DNA of 64,000 bases from Octopus bimaculoides (GCF_001194135.2 NC_068983.1:122713257-122777256), one strand, 5' to 3'; counted from the stretch's first letter, positions 50,280-62,917 are shown. The notes: generated by a model not told the origin, from the letters alone. Program-made: numbers and translations.

Positions 50280-53200
50280 TGTAGGCATCCAGTGCCGTCA
50301 AGTTTTAATCTAGAATTATCTCCCCTGTCACATCGTTAACAACAAGGTGGCGCTCGTTAGATAGATATAAAAAGATGCGCACAGCCAAAGAAAATCCTTT
50401 TTTCCTTTCCCACGTGGCCTGCAGTTAACTACTTCTCCATCTCTGTTCCTGCTACTGGACGACACTGCGTTGATTTGAATTTTTTAAAATCCTCTATACC
50501 AGTCATGGAAGGCGGCAAGACAAAAACCTTTTCTTATTCAACTTCCATTCTGTTCTGTTGAATGCTAATATACAAGTTGTGTAAAAATGCTCTCATCAGG
50601 GAATAAATACTCCATGTATATGAAGTCTTTGAAAACTCATACAAGTTGTTGTTCCTCACTGGATTAATTCCTACAGCTATCGAAGGATGCACGAATATTG
50701 TATTAAATTAGTGGGCTAAAGGCTCGCTAAAGTGGTGACCCCGACGTCAGAAACTATCTGCCAGATAGTTTCTTTAAAAAAAACCCCAGGAAATACGTGT
50801 TAAAACAAAAAAAAAATGTATTTTAAATAGCTCGTTCGGATCTTTATGATTTGACGGGCAACATTTTTTTATGTAGTGTTTTTGGTACCGAAACACTTTC
50901 AAACTTCGAATACTTGTATATTTTGTGTTATAGAACAGATAAAAAATTTTGTATTCAAAGTTATTTCATGTAAAAAATTGTCGTATTTCGGTCATTTCAA
51001 CCAATCACTGACGTCTATTGAGGTGAAAACAATTACGCCGTGGAATGTAAACAACGGTGTTACGGGATTTTTTCCCTTGAATAAAATTAGTGCCGTTGTT
51101 TGTCNNNNNNNNNNNNNNNNNNNNNNNNNNNNNNNNNNNNNNNNNNNNNNNNNNNNNNNNNNNNNNNNNNNNNNNNNNNNNNNNNNNNNNNNNNNNNNNN
51201 NNNNNNNNNNNNNNNNNNNNNNNNNNNNNNNNNNNNNNNNNNNNNNNNNNNNNNNNNNNNNNNNNNNNNNNNNNNNNNNNNNNNNNNNNNNNNNNNNNNN
51301 NNNNNNNNNNNNNNNNNNNNNNNNNNNNNNNNNNNNNNNNNNNNNNNNNNNNNNNNNNNNNNNNNNNNNNNNNNNNNNATTACGGTTAGGGTTATGATTA
51401 TTTTTGCCATAACCTTAACTCTAACCCTATAACTCATAACTCTAACCCCAACCCCAACCCTAACCCTAAAATCCGAACCCTAACCCTAAAACCCTAAACC
51501 CTTACTAGGGAATAATAATATAATTAAACAGGGAATAACACACTTGACACCGAACAGCACTAACTGTATTCAGCTGAATAGACGTCAGTGATTGGTTGAA
51601 ATTACAGAAATACGACAACTTTAACATGAAATAACTTGCGATGTACAATTTTTTGTTAAGAAGGTTAAGAGAAGTTGTTTTATATGACACATTCTACCAG
51701 TGTCCTAAGTTTGAAAGTGTTTCGTTAAGAAAACAAGTGTTGCCCGTCAAATCATAAAGATCCGCTCGCTCTCCTTTTTTGACACCCACGTATGGAAGAT
51801 TCTGTTCTTTACAACATGGCGGATGACTGTCGTCTCCATTGCTTGACCATATGTCTCACGCATGCGTCCTAATGCTTTGCCTCGTTTTCACCTGGATTTT
51901 GCATGTTCGCCGCCATTGCTCAACATTCTTCGATTTCGTCTTGTAGGTTCTAATACACAAATTTGGAGTGAGACTTCGAGTCACAAAGATTTCGTCAGAC
52001 TGCGCCTGTTTGTTTCTATCAATTTCGACTTCAGTTACAGTGAGCCATTCACCATTACCAGTGGTGATGTGCGGCTCTGGTTTTCCCAGTTGGACTCGTA
52101 CTTCGCGGTGAGTGACATTTCGTCCGAGCGGCAGCAACTGCATATTCTTCTGAGCTCCATCCCTCCATCACTGGTGAATAGTCTCAAGGATATCATCACT
52201 GACACCCCTAAAGATGCCACATATTCATCTGTCAAGAGTGAGATCATTTACAGGATGGTCGTACCCGAAAGTAAGCATTTCTGCACGCTCATTTGTGCCG
52301 AATATTTGGATAACAGGATGCCAACTCAGCATCTGCACAGAATGAAAGAGCTCACCGAGGATTCTTCCAAAGACAGCTCCTTGATAAAACAGCTTTTCTT
52401 CTCCCATTTGCCTTTGCACGTGCAAGGGATTCTCGCCCTTAGCATGGACGTCACTCCCATTGACCAGTTGGCCTTGTCTGCCGATAGAATCTTGGAGTAC
52501 ACTGGAAATGGAATTGCAGACAACAAATTGGCTGCTACTTCTCCTTCTCCCCCAACAGTCGTAGTTTCATTTCAGGTCTCTCTTTCTCTGGATTTGGCCC
52601 TTCGGCAGGACTTCAAGTGGATTTTTATCATCGTTGATCTGCCATATCCAATCCTAGGTGCAGATTTTCTTCATCATTTCTCCCTCATGGTTGATGTTCG
52701 TAAGCAGAGACTAGTAGACAGCACCACTGACCTCCATATTCCTGGACGAATATCGAATACTCCTGCAGCCAGCCCAGTTTTCCTCAAAGCTGCAGCTGGT
52801 AATCAGTATCAGGCTATTTTGAACTCTTCCCTGGAACTGACCAAGCTAAACTTCCAGGTGGATAACTCTGCCCACTCGACAAGGCATTTTATTGCTACAA
52901 CTAGGCCTCTTGTTTTTTCTTGACCACGTCGCCTACCTCCAGAGAAACTTAAGGCAGCCAAGGTGGAGTTTGAACACATGCTCCAGCTGGGAATTATCTG
53001 CCCCTCCACCAGTCAATGGGCCTCACCAAAGGATCAGGTGACTTGCGCCCCACTGGAGATTTCTGACACCTAAACGCTATGACTGTCCCGGATCGTTATT
53101 CAATTCTCACCTTCAGGACTTTGCTTCATCCTTATAAGGGTGTACAGTGTTCTCTAAGCTTGATTTGGTTCAGGCCTATCATAAGATTCCCGTGCACCCA

Positions 53201-56200
53201 GAAGACATCCCTAAAACTGCTGTGACAACACTGTTTGGCGCTTTTGAATTTCTGACAATGCCGTTTGGGCTGCGGAATGCTGCCAGTACATTCCAGCGCT
53301 TTATAGATGAGGTCATTCGTGGGCTGGACTTCATCTATGCTTATATCGATGATCTGTTGATTGCCAATTCTAGTGCTGAAGAGCACGTACAACATTTAAA
53401 GCTGCTTTTCCAGCGCCTGACCCAATTCAGAGTTAGAATATATCCAGCTAAATGTATTTTTGGATCCTCTTCACTTGTTTTCCTTGGCCACCTCATTGAT
53501 GAAGTGGGTATTAGGCCTCTTCCTGAAAAAGTCCGGGCTATCCAAGAGCTTCCTCCTCCTACCTCGCTCTGGCAGTTTCATCATTTTCTGGGATTATTGA
53601 ACTTTTATAGACGATTTATTCCTCACTGTTTGGAACACCTCGCTCCTCTTACTGAGCTTTTAACAAAAATGAAGCTATTTAACTTTCACTTTCCCAAATG
53701 GATACTTTCAAATGGTAAAACGTGAACTTGCACAAGCCTCGCTGTTAGCGCACCCTGTTTATGGCGCAAAGCTTTCGCTTGTGGTGGACGCATCAGATAC
53801 AGCCTAGGCGCTGTGTTGCAACAGTTCCATCAAGAGCATATGCAACCTTTGGCATTTTTATCTCAACAGCTGCAACCTGCTAAGACCCACTATAGCACTT
53901 TAGGATGTGAATTATTGGCAATTTACCTGGCAGTAAAACACTTCCGTCATTACCTTGAAGGGAGACAGTTTACCATATACACGGACCATAAACCCCTTAC
54001 ATTTGCCTCACGGTCTAAGCCTGAAAAATATTCGCCGAGGGAAACGAGACATCTTGATTTTGTTTCCCAGTTTACCAGCAATATTCAGCATATCTTGGGA
54101 ACCCAGAACACTGCTGCTGATGCCTTGTCCCGTTTGCCAATCAACTCATTCACACCCACTTCTGCAATCGATTTAACGGTTTTAGCCTCAGACCAGCCTC
54201 CTTTGGATTCATTTGACACCACATCTGCTGAATTTGCAACATGTAAATTCAAGTACCTGCCCATGCTAACTGCTGACAGGAGCATCTTGTGTGACATATC
54301 GATGGAGTCGCCTCACCCCTTCGTTCTGGAGAAGCACCATTTCTTCGATGCTTTGCATAATCTGGCTCATCCTGGCATCGTGGCCTCGGTAAAACTCATT
54401 ACGGCTAGATTTTTCTAGCCAAACATGAGATGGGATGTTACCGAATGGTCTCACGCCTGTCTTCAATGCCAAAAGTCTAAAGTGCACAAGCCCATCCGGG
54501 CACCACTTGGTACTTTTAACTCCCCTGACGCCCGTTTCTCTCACGTGCATATTGATATCGTGGGACCGTGGCCTATCAGTCAGGGATTCACATATATCTT
54601 GACTTGTATTGATCACTTCAGCCAATGGCCTGAAACGATTCCGTTAACAGACGTTATCGCTGAATCCGTAGCGTGAGCTCTAGTATCAGGATGGATATCA
54701 CGCTATTGTGTTCCCACTACCATCACTAGACCGTGACTGGCAGTTCGAGTCACACCTTTTTTCCGAGTTGGCAAAAATCATTGGGGCTCAATGGATTAGG
54801 ACTACTAGCTACCACCCAGCCTTGAACGGTATGGTGGAACGATTCCACCGTCAGCTGAAAGCTGCTTTACGAGCCTCTCTTGACACCCAGCATTGGACCG
54901 AGTATCTTCCTATTGTTCTCCTTGGTATCCGAACATCAGTTAAGGAGGGCCTTGGTTTCTCTCCAACTGAGCTGCTTTATGGTGCTCCTTTTTCCTTGCC
55001 ATGGCAGATGCTCGCCCCAGCTGATCACCTGCGTGCGTACTTTCAGGAGCTTCCACCAATGAACATTCGGCAGCAGACAATAAAATCTTCGGTCCCCATT
55101 GATATTACCTTGTGGACTCACGTTTTTGTACATAAGGATACAGTGAGAGGTCCCCTCACTCCCCCTTACTCAGGACCTTAATTTCGTGTTGGCACGCAAT
55201 GATAAACGTTTCACCATAGACTTAAATGGTTTCCAAGAAACAGTTTCGATTGATAGACTCAAACAGGCCTATACAGACGCGCTCACACCAGAGCCTCATC
55301 CTACACTATACAACAGGAAAATACTGCCCCACTGCATCCACCACCAGCTCAGCTACACGCATCTTCCCTACACCCACCAACATACGTCACGACGACCCGT
55401 AGTGGCCGTCGTGTCAATTGGCCTAAAAAACTTTGTAAAACTATTTTTATATGAAACTCATATTCTATTTGCTTTTTTTTCTTTTCCCATTTAATGCATT
55501 TATTCTGTTTTCCTTTTCATGTATATGTTTGTTTACCTTGCCTTTGCATCCAGTAATTTTGGCATGGTATTTGTAGCCTTGTACATCTCAGACATTTTCT
55601 TTCTGTGTATATTATATGTTAACTTGTTTCAATTTTCATTCACACATGCACCACATTCTAGAATTTTAGTTACCTTCTCATTGCTCCTACATCCTAGCAC
55701 TTCTAGCCTCTGCAAGCGACCCACCGCTCTTGCTAACTTAAAACACCATGACACTTGCATCCTATGATTTCCAGTTTCCTGGACAGTTGTTATCACGTTG
55801 GCATGTCAGGCGTCCTGTGCCTCAGTCTTGCACTGGCTGGCACATCCTGCACACCACCCTAACCTGACATTACATACATTCATACAGATTCTGCAACTTT
55901 TCATTTACATATTCCTGTGTTTGCATGCATTGTTTGCGTTTAGCCATTTTTCTTGATAGTCCTTTCCACGCCCTCGGTATCTCTGCTCAGCCTGGTGAAA
56001 AAACAAGGCAATTACCTCCTTTGATGCCTACAATTTTACTCTTTGCCTTTTCGACCTTTACTCTTCTTTCGGTCTGGGGGAGGGTTATGTAGGCATCCAG
56101 TGTCATCAGGTTTTAATGAGTCATCTAGTGTTATCTCCCCTGTCACATCGTTAACAACGAGGTGGCGCTCATTAGATAGATATAAAAAGACACCCACAGC

Positions 56201-56552
56201 CAAAGAAAATCCCTTTTTCCTTTCCCACGCAGCCTGCAGCTAACTACTTCTTCTCCATCTCTGTTCCTGCTACTGGACGACCCTGCGTTGATTTGAATTT
56301 TGTTAAATCCTCTATACCAGTCATGGAAGGCAGCAAGATGTAAAACTTTTCTTATTCAACTTCCATTCTGTTCTGTTGAATGTTAATATACAAGTTGTGT
56401 AAAAATGCTCTCATCATGGAATAAATACTCTATGTACATGAAGTCTTTGAAAACTCATACAAGTTGTTGTTATTCCTCATTAGATTAATTCTTACAGCTA
56501 TCGAAGGATGCACGAACATTGTATTAGATTAGTGGGCTAAAGGTTCGCTAAA
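50280..56552 (+). mobile_element. Ty3/Gypsy LTR retrotransposon, CsRn1-like lineage, decayed
   Basis: LTRs 50280-50731 and 56088-56552 (~90% similar by eye). 4-bp TSD ATAT. tRNA-Trp-type PBS TGGTGACCCCGACGT (50733-47). PPT GGGGGAGGG (56076-84). Gag WFSQLDSYF..YSSVKSEI. Protease C-half [42 protein letters not shown]. RNase H, and integrase HVHIDIVGP..NGMVERFHRQLK. Multiple stops and frameshifts. Confidence 0.95.
50838..51763. mobile_element. Long-TIR MITE with internal telomere-like repeats, nested in the Gypsy leader
   Basis: Termini GGATCTTTATGATTTGACGGGCAACA/TGTTGCCCGTCAAATCATAAAGATCC, with imperfect inverted homology for ~190 bp. 8-bp TSD GCTCGTTC (50830-37)/GCTCGCTC (51764-71). CCCTAA-like repeats at ~51410-51502. 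Confidence 0.85.
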
Positions 56553-56893
56553 ATATCAAGTAGTAATGTTCTTCTCTTAGCTATTCTTGCTACAATAGCG
56601 ACATGAAATTTCTTTCATCCTCTTGCTCTGTTAAAATATTTAAGAAAAAATATATTAACATATTTTATCTGTTGAAAATCCATATTTGTGCAGCTGAAGA
56701 TAGCACTGTATTTAAATTGATTTGTTCAATTAAATGGAGCCGCTTGAAATGGTCATGTTGCATTACTACTTGATATCCTGTTACTTATTTTGATAAATAT
56801 ATATATATTTATACACACACACACATATTTATATACCGGACCACTGAAATCTACAAGTTTTTTCATCCTCCCTCTGTTTATTTTCTCTTATTC

Positions 56894-56929
56894 CTTTCTG
56901 TTGAAGACTGCAGGCTCGAAATTTAAAAG
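56894..56929 (+). ncRNA. Decayed minimal type I hammerhead-like motif in a second repeat family
   Basis: CTTT-CTGTTGA-A-GACT-GCAG-GCTC-GAAA-TT-TA^AAAG. Helix I CTTT/AAAG. Core A6>U, and helices II/III are damaged. Confidence 0.3.
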
Positions 56930-57059
56930 ACTGTCATTTTCGTGAGCATCAAACTAATACATTTCCTTGTTGCTCATACACCTGTCTTCGTCTTTTGTTT
57001 TATATATCTCTCTCTATATATATATGCATGTATATATACACACATACACGCATATATAC

Positions 57060-57101
<42 letters not shown>

Positions 57102-57179
57102 ATGTAGCACAGAATTTTGTCAGTGAACAGGTGGCAGGTTTCAAAGCGACGAAAATTCTGAGCGAAGATCTTTCCAGTT

Positions 57180-59130
57180 CTGGAGGTGTGCGTTGGACCT
57201 ACTCAAGAGGTAGGCATCATCAGCCCAGTTTTGCTTTTGAGAAGAGGGAGGATCTCATCAGTATATTCATCAAACCAGTCAGGATTGCGACGTCTAGTGT
57301 GTCCTAGTTGTTCAGTTGCAACTGAGTAGATCAAGGAAATATGTTTGTCCCATATATCATCTAGCTCCTCTTGGTTTACCGAGGTAGGATCGAGGAGTGG
57401 GAGAGTATCCAATTTGATGGCAAGCTGATCTTGAAAGTGGCCACGATTCTCAGGATCATACAGTTTCATGGTGTTCAGTTGTTATGATGCTGTCGACTTT
57501 CAGCTAAGGGGTTGAATGTTGATTCTAAGCTTGGAGCAGATAAGGTTGTAGTCCGTCCAGCAATCTGCTCCATGCATTGCGTGAGTATGGAGGACATCAC
57601 CCATATCTTGATGACAATGATGTAGTCTAGGAGATGCCACTTTTTGGAACGCGGATGCATCCATGACATCTTGTAAATGTCCTGCTGTTGAAAGAGGGTG
57701 TTAGTGATGCACAGGTCGTACTTGAAGTAGAAGGTGAGTAGTCTCTGTTCATTAGCGTTCCTTTTCCTTGTGCTGCCAGGCAGTATTGTCACACCCAACA
57801 TGGGAGTTGAAGTCACCCATGAATACAATCTTGTCTGATCAGGAGATGTTCTGAAACGCAGTATGCAGAGAATCATAGAAGGCGTCTTTTATCTCTTCAT
57901 CAGAGTTGAGAGTTGGTCCATAAATGCTGAGAATTGTCAGAAAACATTTGCTTGAAAGTGGGATTTTGATTGTCATCAGGCACTCACTGATACAGGAAGG
58001 TACTCCAGGAATTTTCTGCAATAGGCTGTTCTTGATTGCAAAACCAGCCCCATGCAAACAGGGCATCCCAGAGGGATGTCCTTTCCAGAAAAAGGTGTAT
58101 CCACCAGCTTCTTCAGTGAGGGAGCCCTCATCAGAGAAACGAGTCTCACTGAGTGTAGTAATGTTGACATTGTAGTGCTTGAGTTTGGTGGCTACAATAG
58201 CAGTGCATCACGGGGTTCATCGAGTGTCCGGCTCATCATGTGAAACATCATCAAAGAGGGTGTGAACATTCCAGCATGCAAGAATGAGGTTCAAGGGTTT
58301 CTTTTTCGTATTCAATTTTGATGCTTGGTTTTGACCGCATGTTTGGGGATGATTCACTGGAAGTGGTTACCCAGTCGAGCAAGTAAGGATGAGCTTTTTC
58401 TGAGCCACATTTTCTAGGCCCTTGCCCATGTGGGCCAGGCAGTGCTATCTCTGGAAAGGGTTGCCTGGACACACAAGCAGGACGAAGTGGATGTTTGTCC
58501 ACAGGTCCATCCAACAATGACCATCTTACTTATGCCGCCTACGTGCAGGACTCCAACTAGAGGCTTCCAACTACATCCTAGTCTGCCCCCATCACCAGAT
58601 GATGCCATTGCTGCAGGACTTGCAGAGAGGATGAAAGGCGAAGCTTGTGCTGTGAAAAGTTTAATGTGCCGGAGAGGATGCACAGTTCTCAGTTGTACAC
58701 ACTTGACAGAAGGCAAGGGGGTGGGGTTCAATAACAAGAGGAGTCTTAAGATGATTGACCCTTGTCTTCACCTGCAATGAGCTGCTGGAGTTGGTGGATG
58801 AGATCTTATGCTCCGCCTTTGGACCAACCCATCCGGTCCTGTTCACAGGCTTCCTGCGGCAAGCTGCTGGAACTCCAGTTTGTCGTAGTCCGCCTTTATA
58901 GCCAGCTTGCATGGCATCACCCCCATCCGCCTTCACTGTTCAGGAGTTCATCTGCCCTTTGACAGGCCTTATTTTTCATCCTGCAGTGTCTCCAACAACA
59001 CCCTCCTCACCAAGCAAACCTAGTGGGGTTGCCAGTTTTGTCGCTGACGACTTGATCATGCGACAGGTTGTACTGGATTACATGTTACCAGTAGCACTCA
59101 AGAGCAACCTGACATTAAAAGTCAATATAG
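57180..59130 (-). mobile_element. RTE (BovB-like) LINE 5' part: 5' UTR + APE endonuclease
   Basis: Minus strand gives LSETRFSDEGSLTEEAGGYTFFWKG..HGAGFAIKNSLL..TILSIYGPTL..KDAFYDSL..WMHPRSKKWHLLDYII..NPDWFDE. Confidence 0.85.
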
Positions 59131-59326
59131 CATACACAAGTATAGACACAACTGTGCCAGGATGGAACGGATAATCAACTTGTACCCTGTCTATTCTATT
59201 TTGGTATATTTTTAATATCATTATGTATAGTCATTTATTTCTTTATATATAATGTTCATATTGCTAATAATAGCATTATTGGGTACAGATCTCCAACCTG
59301 CCAATTACTGATTTACTATATTTCAG

Positions 59327-59383
59327 ATGACAAGAGGGTGATAAGGGAGTATTTGCACAACTCAAAGGAATAACTGCCACAAG
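59327..59383 (+). other. Candidate exon
   Basis: Branch-like CTGAT, acceptor ACTATATTTCAG| and donor AAG|GTATTT. In phase with the microexon it reads YDKRVIREYLHNSKE*. Confidence 0.2.
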
Positions 59384-59534
59384 GTATTTTTTATTCACAT
59401 AAAGCAGTTTATTGGGATTTTTCCTTTCTAATTTTCATCTCTTATGGTTACTGGTTACTACACTGGTAAAATAATACACACACATATATACATGAATACA
59501 TATATATACCTATATCTATATACATACATACATA

Positions 59535-59576
<42 letters not shown>

Positions 59577-59579
59577 CAG

Positions 59580-60302
59580 AGAGAGCCTTTCACTCAGAGC
59601 CAAAGGTAGACTATGACGTGTGCGAACATGAAACATGGGCCATGACTGCTGAGGACATGCGTGAGCTTGCAAGGAATGAAGCCAGTATGCTCTGCTGGAT
59701 GTGTAATGTCAGTGTGCATACGTGACAGAGTGTAAGTGCTCTGAGAGAAAAGTTGGATTTAAGAAGCATCAGATGTGTGCAAAAGAGACGACTGCACTGG
59801 TTTGGTTATGTGTTGCATATGGATGAGGACAGCTGTGTGAAAATGTGCTACACCCTAGCTGTGGAAGAGGTAGACCCAGGAAGACCTGGGATGAGGTGAT
59901 GAAGCACAGCCTTCAAACATTGGGCCTCACCGAGGTGATGACAAGTGACTGAGACCTTTGGAGATATGATGTGCTTGAGAAGACCTGGCAAGCCAGATGA
60001 AACCACAAATGTAGCCTATGCCAGTACAGCATAACCAGCCCATTTAAGAGTACCCTTCAATCATTGGGCAATAAACTGCTTGCAAAGACATGTTGAGGAA
60101 AATGAAATCATTGTCGTGGCCAATGACAGTACTGCACCCACTACACTCTCATAGTGGTTGGTGTTAGGAAGGGCATCCAGCTGTAAAAACTTTCCCAGAT
60201 CAGATAGGAGCCTGGTACAGCCTTCTGGCTTGCTAGCCCTCAGTCAAACCATCCAACTCTTGCCAGCATGGAGAGCGGACATTAAATGATGATGACGATG
60301 AT
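59580..60302 (+). mobile_element. 5'-truncated RTE LINE 3' end lacking the minisatellite array
   Basis: Translates to HETWAMTAEDMRELARNEASMLCWMCNVSVH..ALREKLDLRS..RRLHWFGYV..RPRKTWDEV. Tail TTAGGAAGGGCATCCAGCTGTAAAAAC..GATGATGACGATG. Confidence 0.85.
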
Positions 60303-60471
60303 ATGTCTATATACATGTGTGTGTATATACACACACACACAGATATATATATTAAAAAAATGGCAAAAAATCATATATTAATTAATATCGATTAATTACC
60401 AGGAAGCTAGCACATTTAAAGAATCAAAGAGATTCAGAAACAGTATCTGCAATCTCAGGGGATTAAAGTAC

Positions 60472-60713
60472 ATTTTTATATATGATGTTGACCACTAACG
60501 TGGACATTCAATACGCTAGAAATAGATCACATCTTGTGTCTAAAAAGACCTAAATTGTCCTTTGCGTTTTTTTTTAAATGTCTTGCCCGCTTACGTTTTG
60601 GTATCACGCTATATTTCATGTTGAGAACAATTTAGGTCTTTTTAGACACAAGATGTGATCTATTTCTAGCGTATTGAATGTCCACGTTAGTGGTCAACGT
60701 CATATATAAAAAT
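60472..60713. repeat. Near-perfect 87-bp inverted repeat with a 68-bp spacer (MITE-like hairpin)
   Basis: 60472-60558 matches the reverse complement of 60627-60713 at 86/87. Confidence 0.92.
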
Positions 60714-60750
60714 ATATATATATATATATATTTATTTGTGNNNNNNNNNN

Positions 60751-60796
<46 letters not shown>

Positions 60797-60801
<5 letters not shown>

Positions 60802-61085
60802 AGACACATAGCTTAGTGGTTAGGGTGTTGTACTTATGATTGCAAGATCGTGGGTTCGATTCCCAGACCAGGTATTGCATCATGTTCTTGAGCAAAGCAC
60901 TTCATCTTGCATTGCTCTGCAATCATTTTGTCATCTGACATGTGGCACGTGGTAATGCCAGTATGATGGAGGGAGTGGAGCTTATGTGAACACAAACATC
61001 TGATCACTATAAACAAATCAACTGTGTGGTTGCTCAGCCAGAAATTGCCAAACCTTTGTAAATTGTCTAATGATGAGAGAACCCA
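60797..61085 (+). mobile_element. tRNA-derived SINE
   Basis: A box TAGCTTAGTGG (60809-19), B box GGTTCGATTCCC (60853-64) and core CTTGAGCAAAGCACTT. Confidence 0.75.
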
Positions 61086-62917
61086 TGATATATAATGTTA
61101 AATGATGATGATGATGATGTACATATATGGAATCTAAGAAAGTCAGGGGATATAAAATAAATATATCTATTTTGTCAGTTGGCATGCATAGGATGATGCC
61201 CGTTTCGCAGCCAACATCATGCAAAAATAATTTCATATCAGTGTATAATAAATTATTATACACATCTGCATTACTTGTATGCTACAAATTGCATTGTACA
61301 TTTTGCAAGTGAAGGCAATATCTTCAGTTCAACAGAATATGATTACAGCTATTCTTCAACTCTGTGTTCACATACAAAAAAAAAACATCTTCAAATTTAT
61401 AATGTATGGAAGACTAATACTGAAAAAAAAATTTTTATAGAGAGGAAGAAGGGAGATTTTGTAAGATATTAGAAAGGAAATTAAGTGTAGTGGTTATGTA
61501 TTTGAAGATGGTGTATGATATAAGAGAGAGAGAGTCAGGTTGGTTATTATTAATAACGTGGCTGTAGTAATAATAGAGAAAGAAAAGAAAGTGAAAATTT
61601 AAAGGAATGAGAGAGAAGTTTACAGATATTGTGTTGTGTTCATGAAATATAGAGGAATATCAACAAAAAGAGATATTAGGCAAAAGTTAAAACAGAATGA
61701 GAGAAATGGAAAGAGAGTAAGAATATTTGAATTAACATGATATATCAAAATATACTGAGCTAGATAAAGTAAATAAAGTATGGTGAAAATGTAGCAGAAG
61801 GAGAAATAGTGAGATGAACTTGTTTTGAGTCTTTAAAAAGATGTGATTAATTGAACAAAATAGATGGGTATATAAAAAAATGGACTAGTATATGATTCAT
61901 ATCAATTATTAGTCTCAAAAATAGGGTTCAAATTTAAATCATCAATAGATACATAGATACAAAGTGTCTAGGTAAATTGTATAAATAATCCAAGACATAA
62001 ATCTAGTGGGTAATTTGCCAAAATTATTTTTTAAAAATGGCAATAAAAATATGGCAGTGTTTTGGATCAAGACACCTATGTAAGTTGGAATTTCTGTTTT
62101 GACAGGAAATTTTCTAATTTTTTTCACTATGCTCTTCAAAATGATGGGGGCATTTTTTTTTTACAAAAAAGATTTTTGAAAATTTATCATTTTTTTCACC
62201 TCACTCCTGACTCACTACCCCACACCGGACTGATTATGATCAATTTTGTGGGGCACTATGCACTTAAAAACCATGAGAGAAGTCTTTTCGGTAACCTGTC
62301 CCTAGATTTGTAAATATTTTCAGAGAAAAAGGTGTATGATTTAAGGGAGATTTGGCTGTTGTTTCCAGCACATCCCATGTGCCCCCTTCCCTTGTTTATT
62401 TGTCACTGTCACATGCATTGATGTTTTTCAATATTTTTCTCCTATGAAGACATTTTATGGAATGCTGATGTGGAAGTAGCACACACATGGTTCATTGCTG
62501 GGATATAAGCAACAAAACAAAAAAAGAAAAAAGTTAGTAATTTAAATCTCCCCACTACCAACCAAGTGAGGTCATGTGTGTGTATGTGTATGAAAAAATA
62601 TTTATAAACAGAAAAGCATGCTATCAAAATAATTTATCTTTTACATACCTCTTTTTTAGATCACTGGATAAATCCCAATAATGAATTTCTCAGGGTCTCC
62701 AATATTTTAAAATTATTAACAGAAACAACTGAGTTGGGGAAATCAAAGACTCATAAATTTTCAAATCTTTTTTTATAGCATAAACTCTGCTGAAAATACT
62801 TATACTTATATACATACAAATAGGTAATAAGTCTTAGGGTAGCAAAAAATTAAGAAATTCAATTTACTACCAGTGGTGTAGCGAGAAAAAAATTAGTCAA
62901 CAGACTATATATTATTC

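Larger units (their letters stand above)
50258..56794. mobile_element. ~260-bp MITE interrupted in its left TIR by the Gypsy element
   Basis: The reconstructed left TIR ATCAAAATAAGTAACAGG-ATAT-CAAGTAGTAATG is the inverse of the right TIR CATTACTACTTGATATCCTGTTACTTATTTTGAT (56761-56794). Confidence 0.85.

Noticed and set aside
51380-51502. Chromosome telomere
   Set aside because: The repeats are short, degenerate and internal to a TIR element with a TSD.
51862-52923. 353-aa ORF as an intact host gene
   Set aside because: It is Gypsy gag fused by internal deletion to the protease C-half (the catalytic DTGA motif is missing), and the downstream pol is broken.
58900-59130. HDV-like ribozyme at the RTE 5' end (known in some RTEs)
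   Set aside because: A nested double pseudoknot could not be built by eye. An RNArobo/Infernal search would be needed.
60797-60870. tRNA gene
   Set aside because: It has A/B boxes but no complete cloverleaf, and it continues into a SINE core. The same applies to the other SINE heads.
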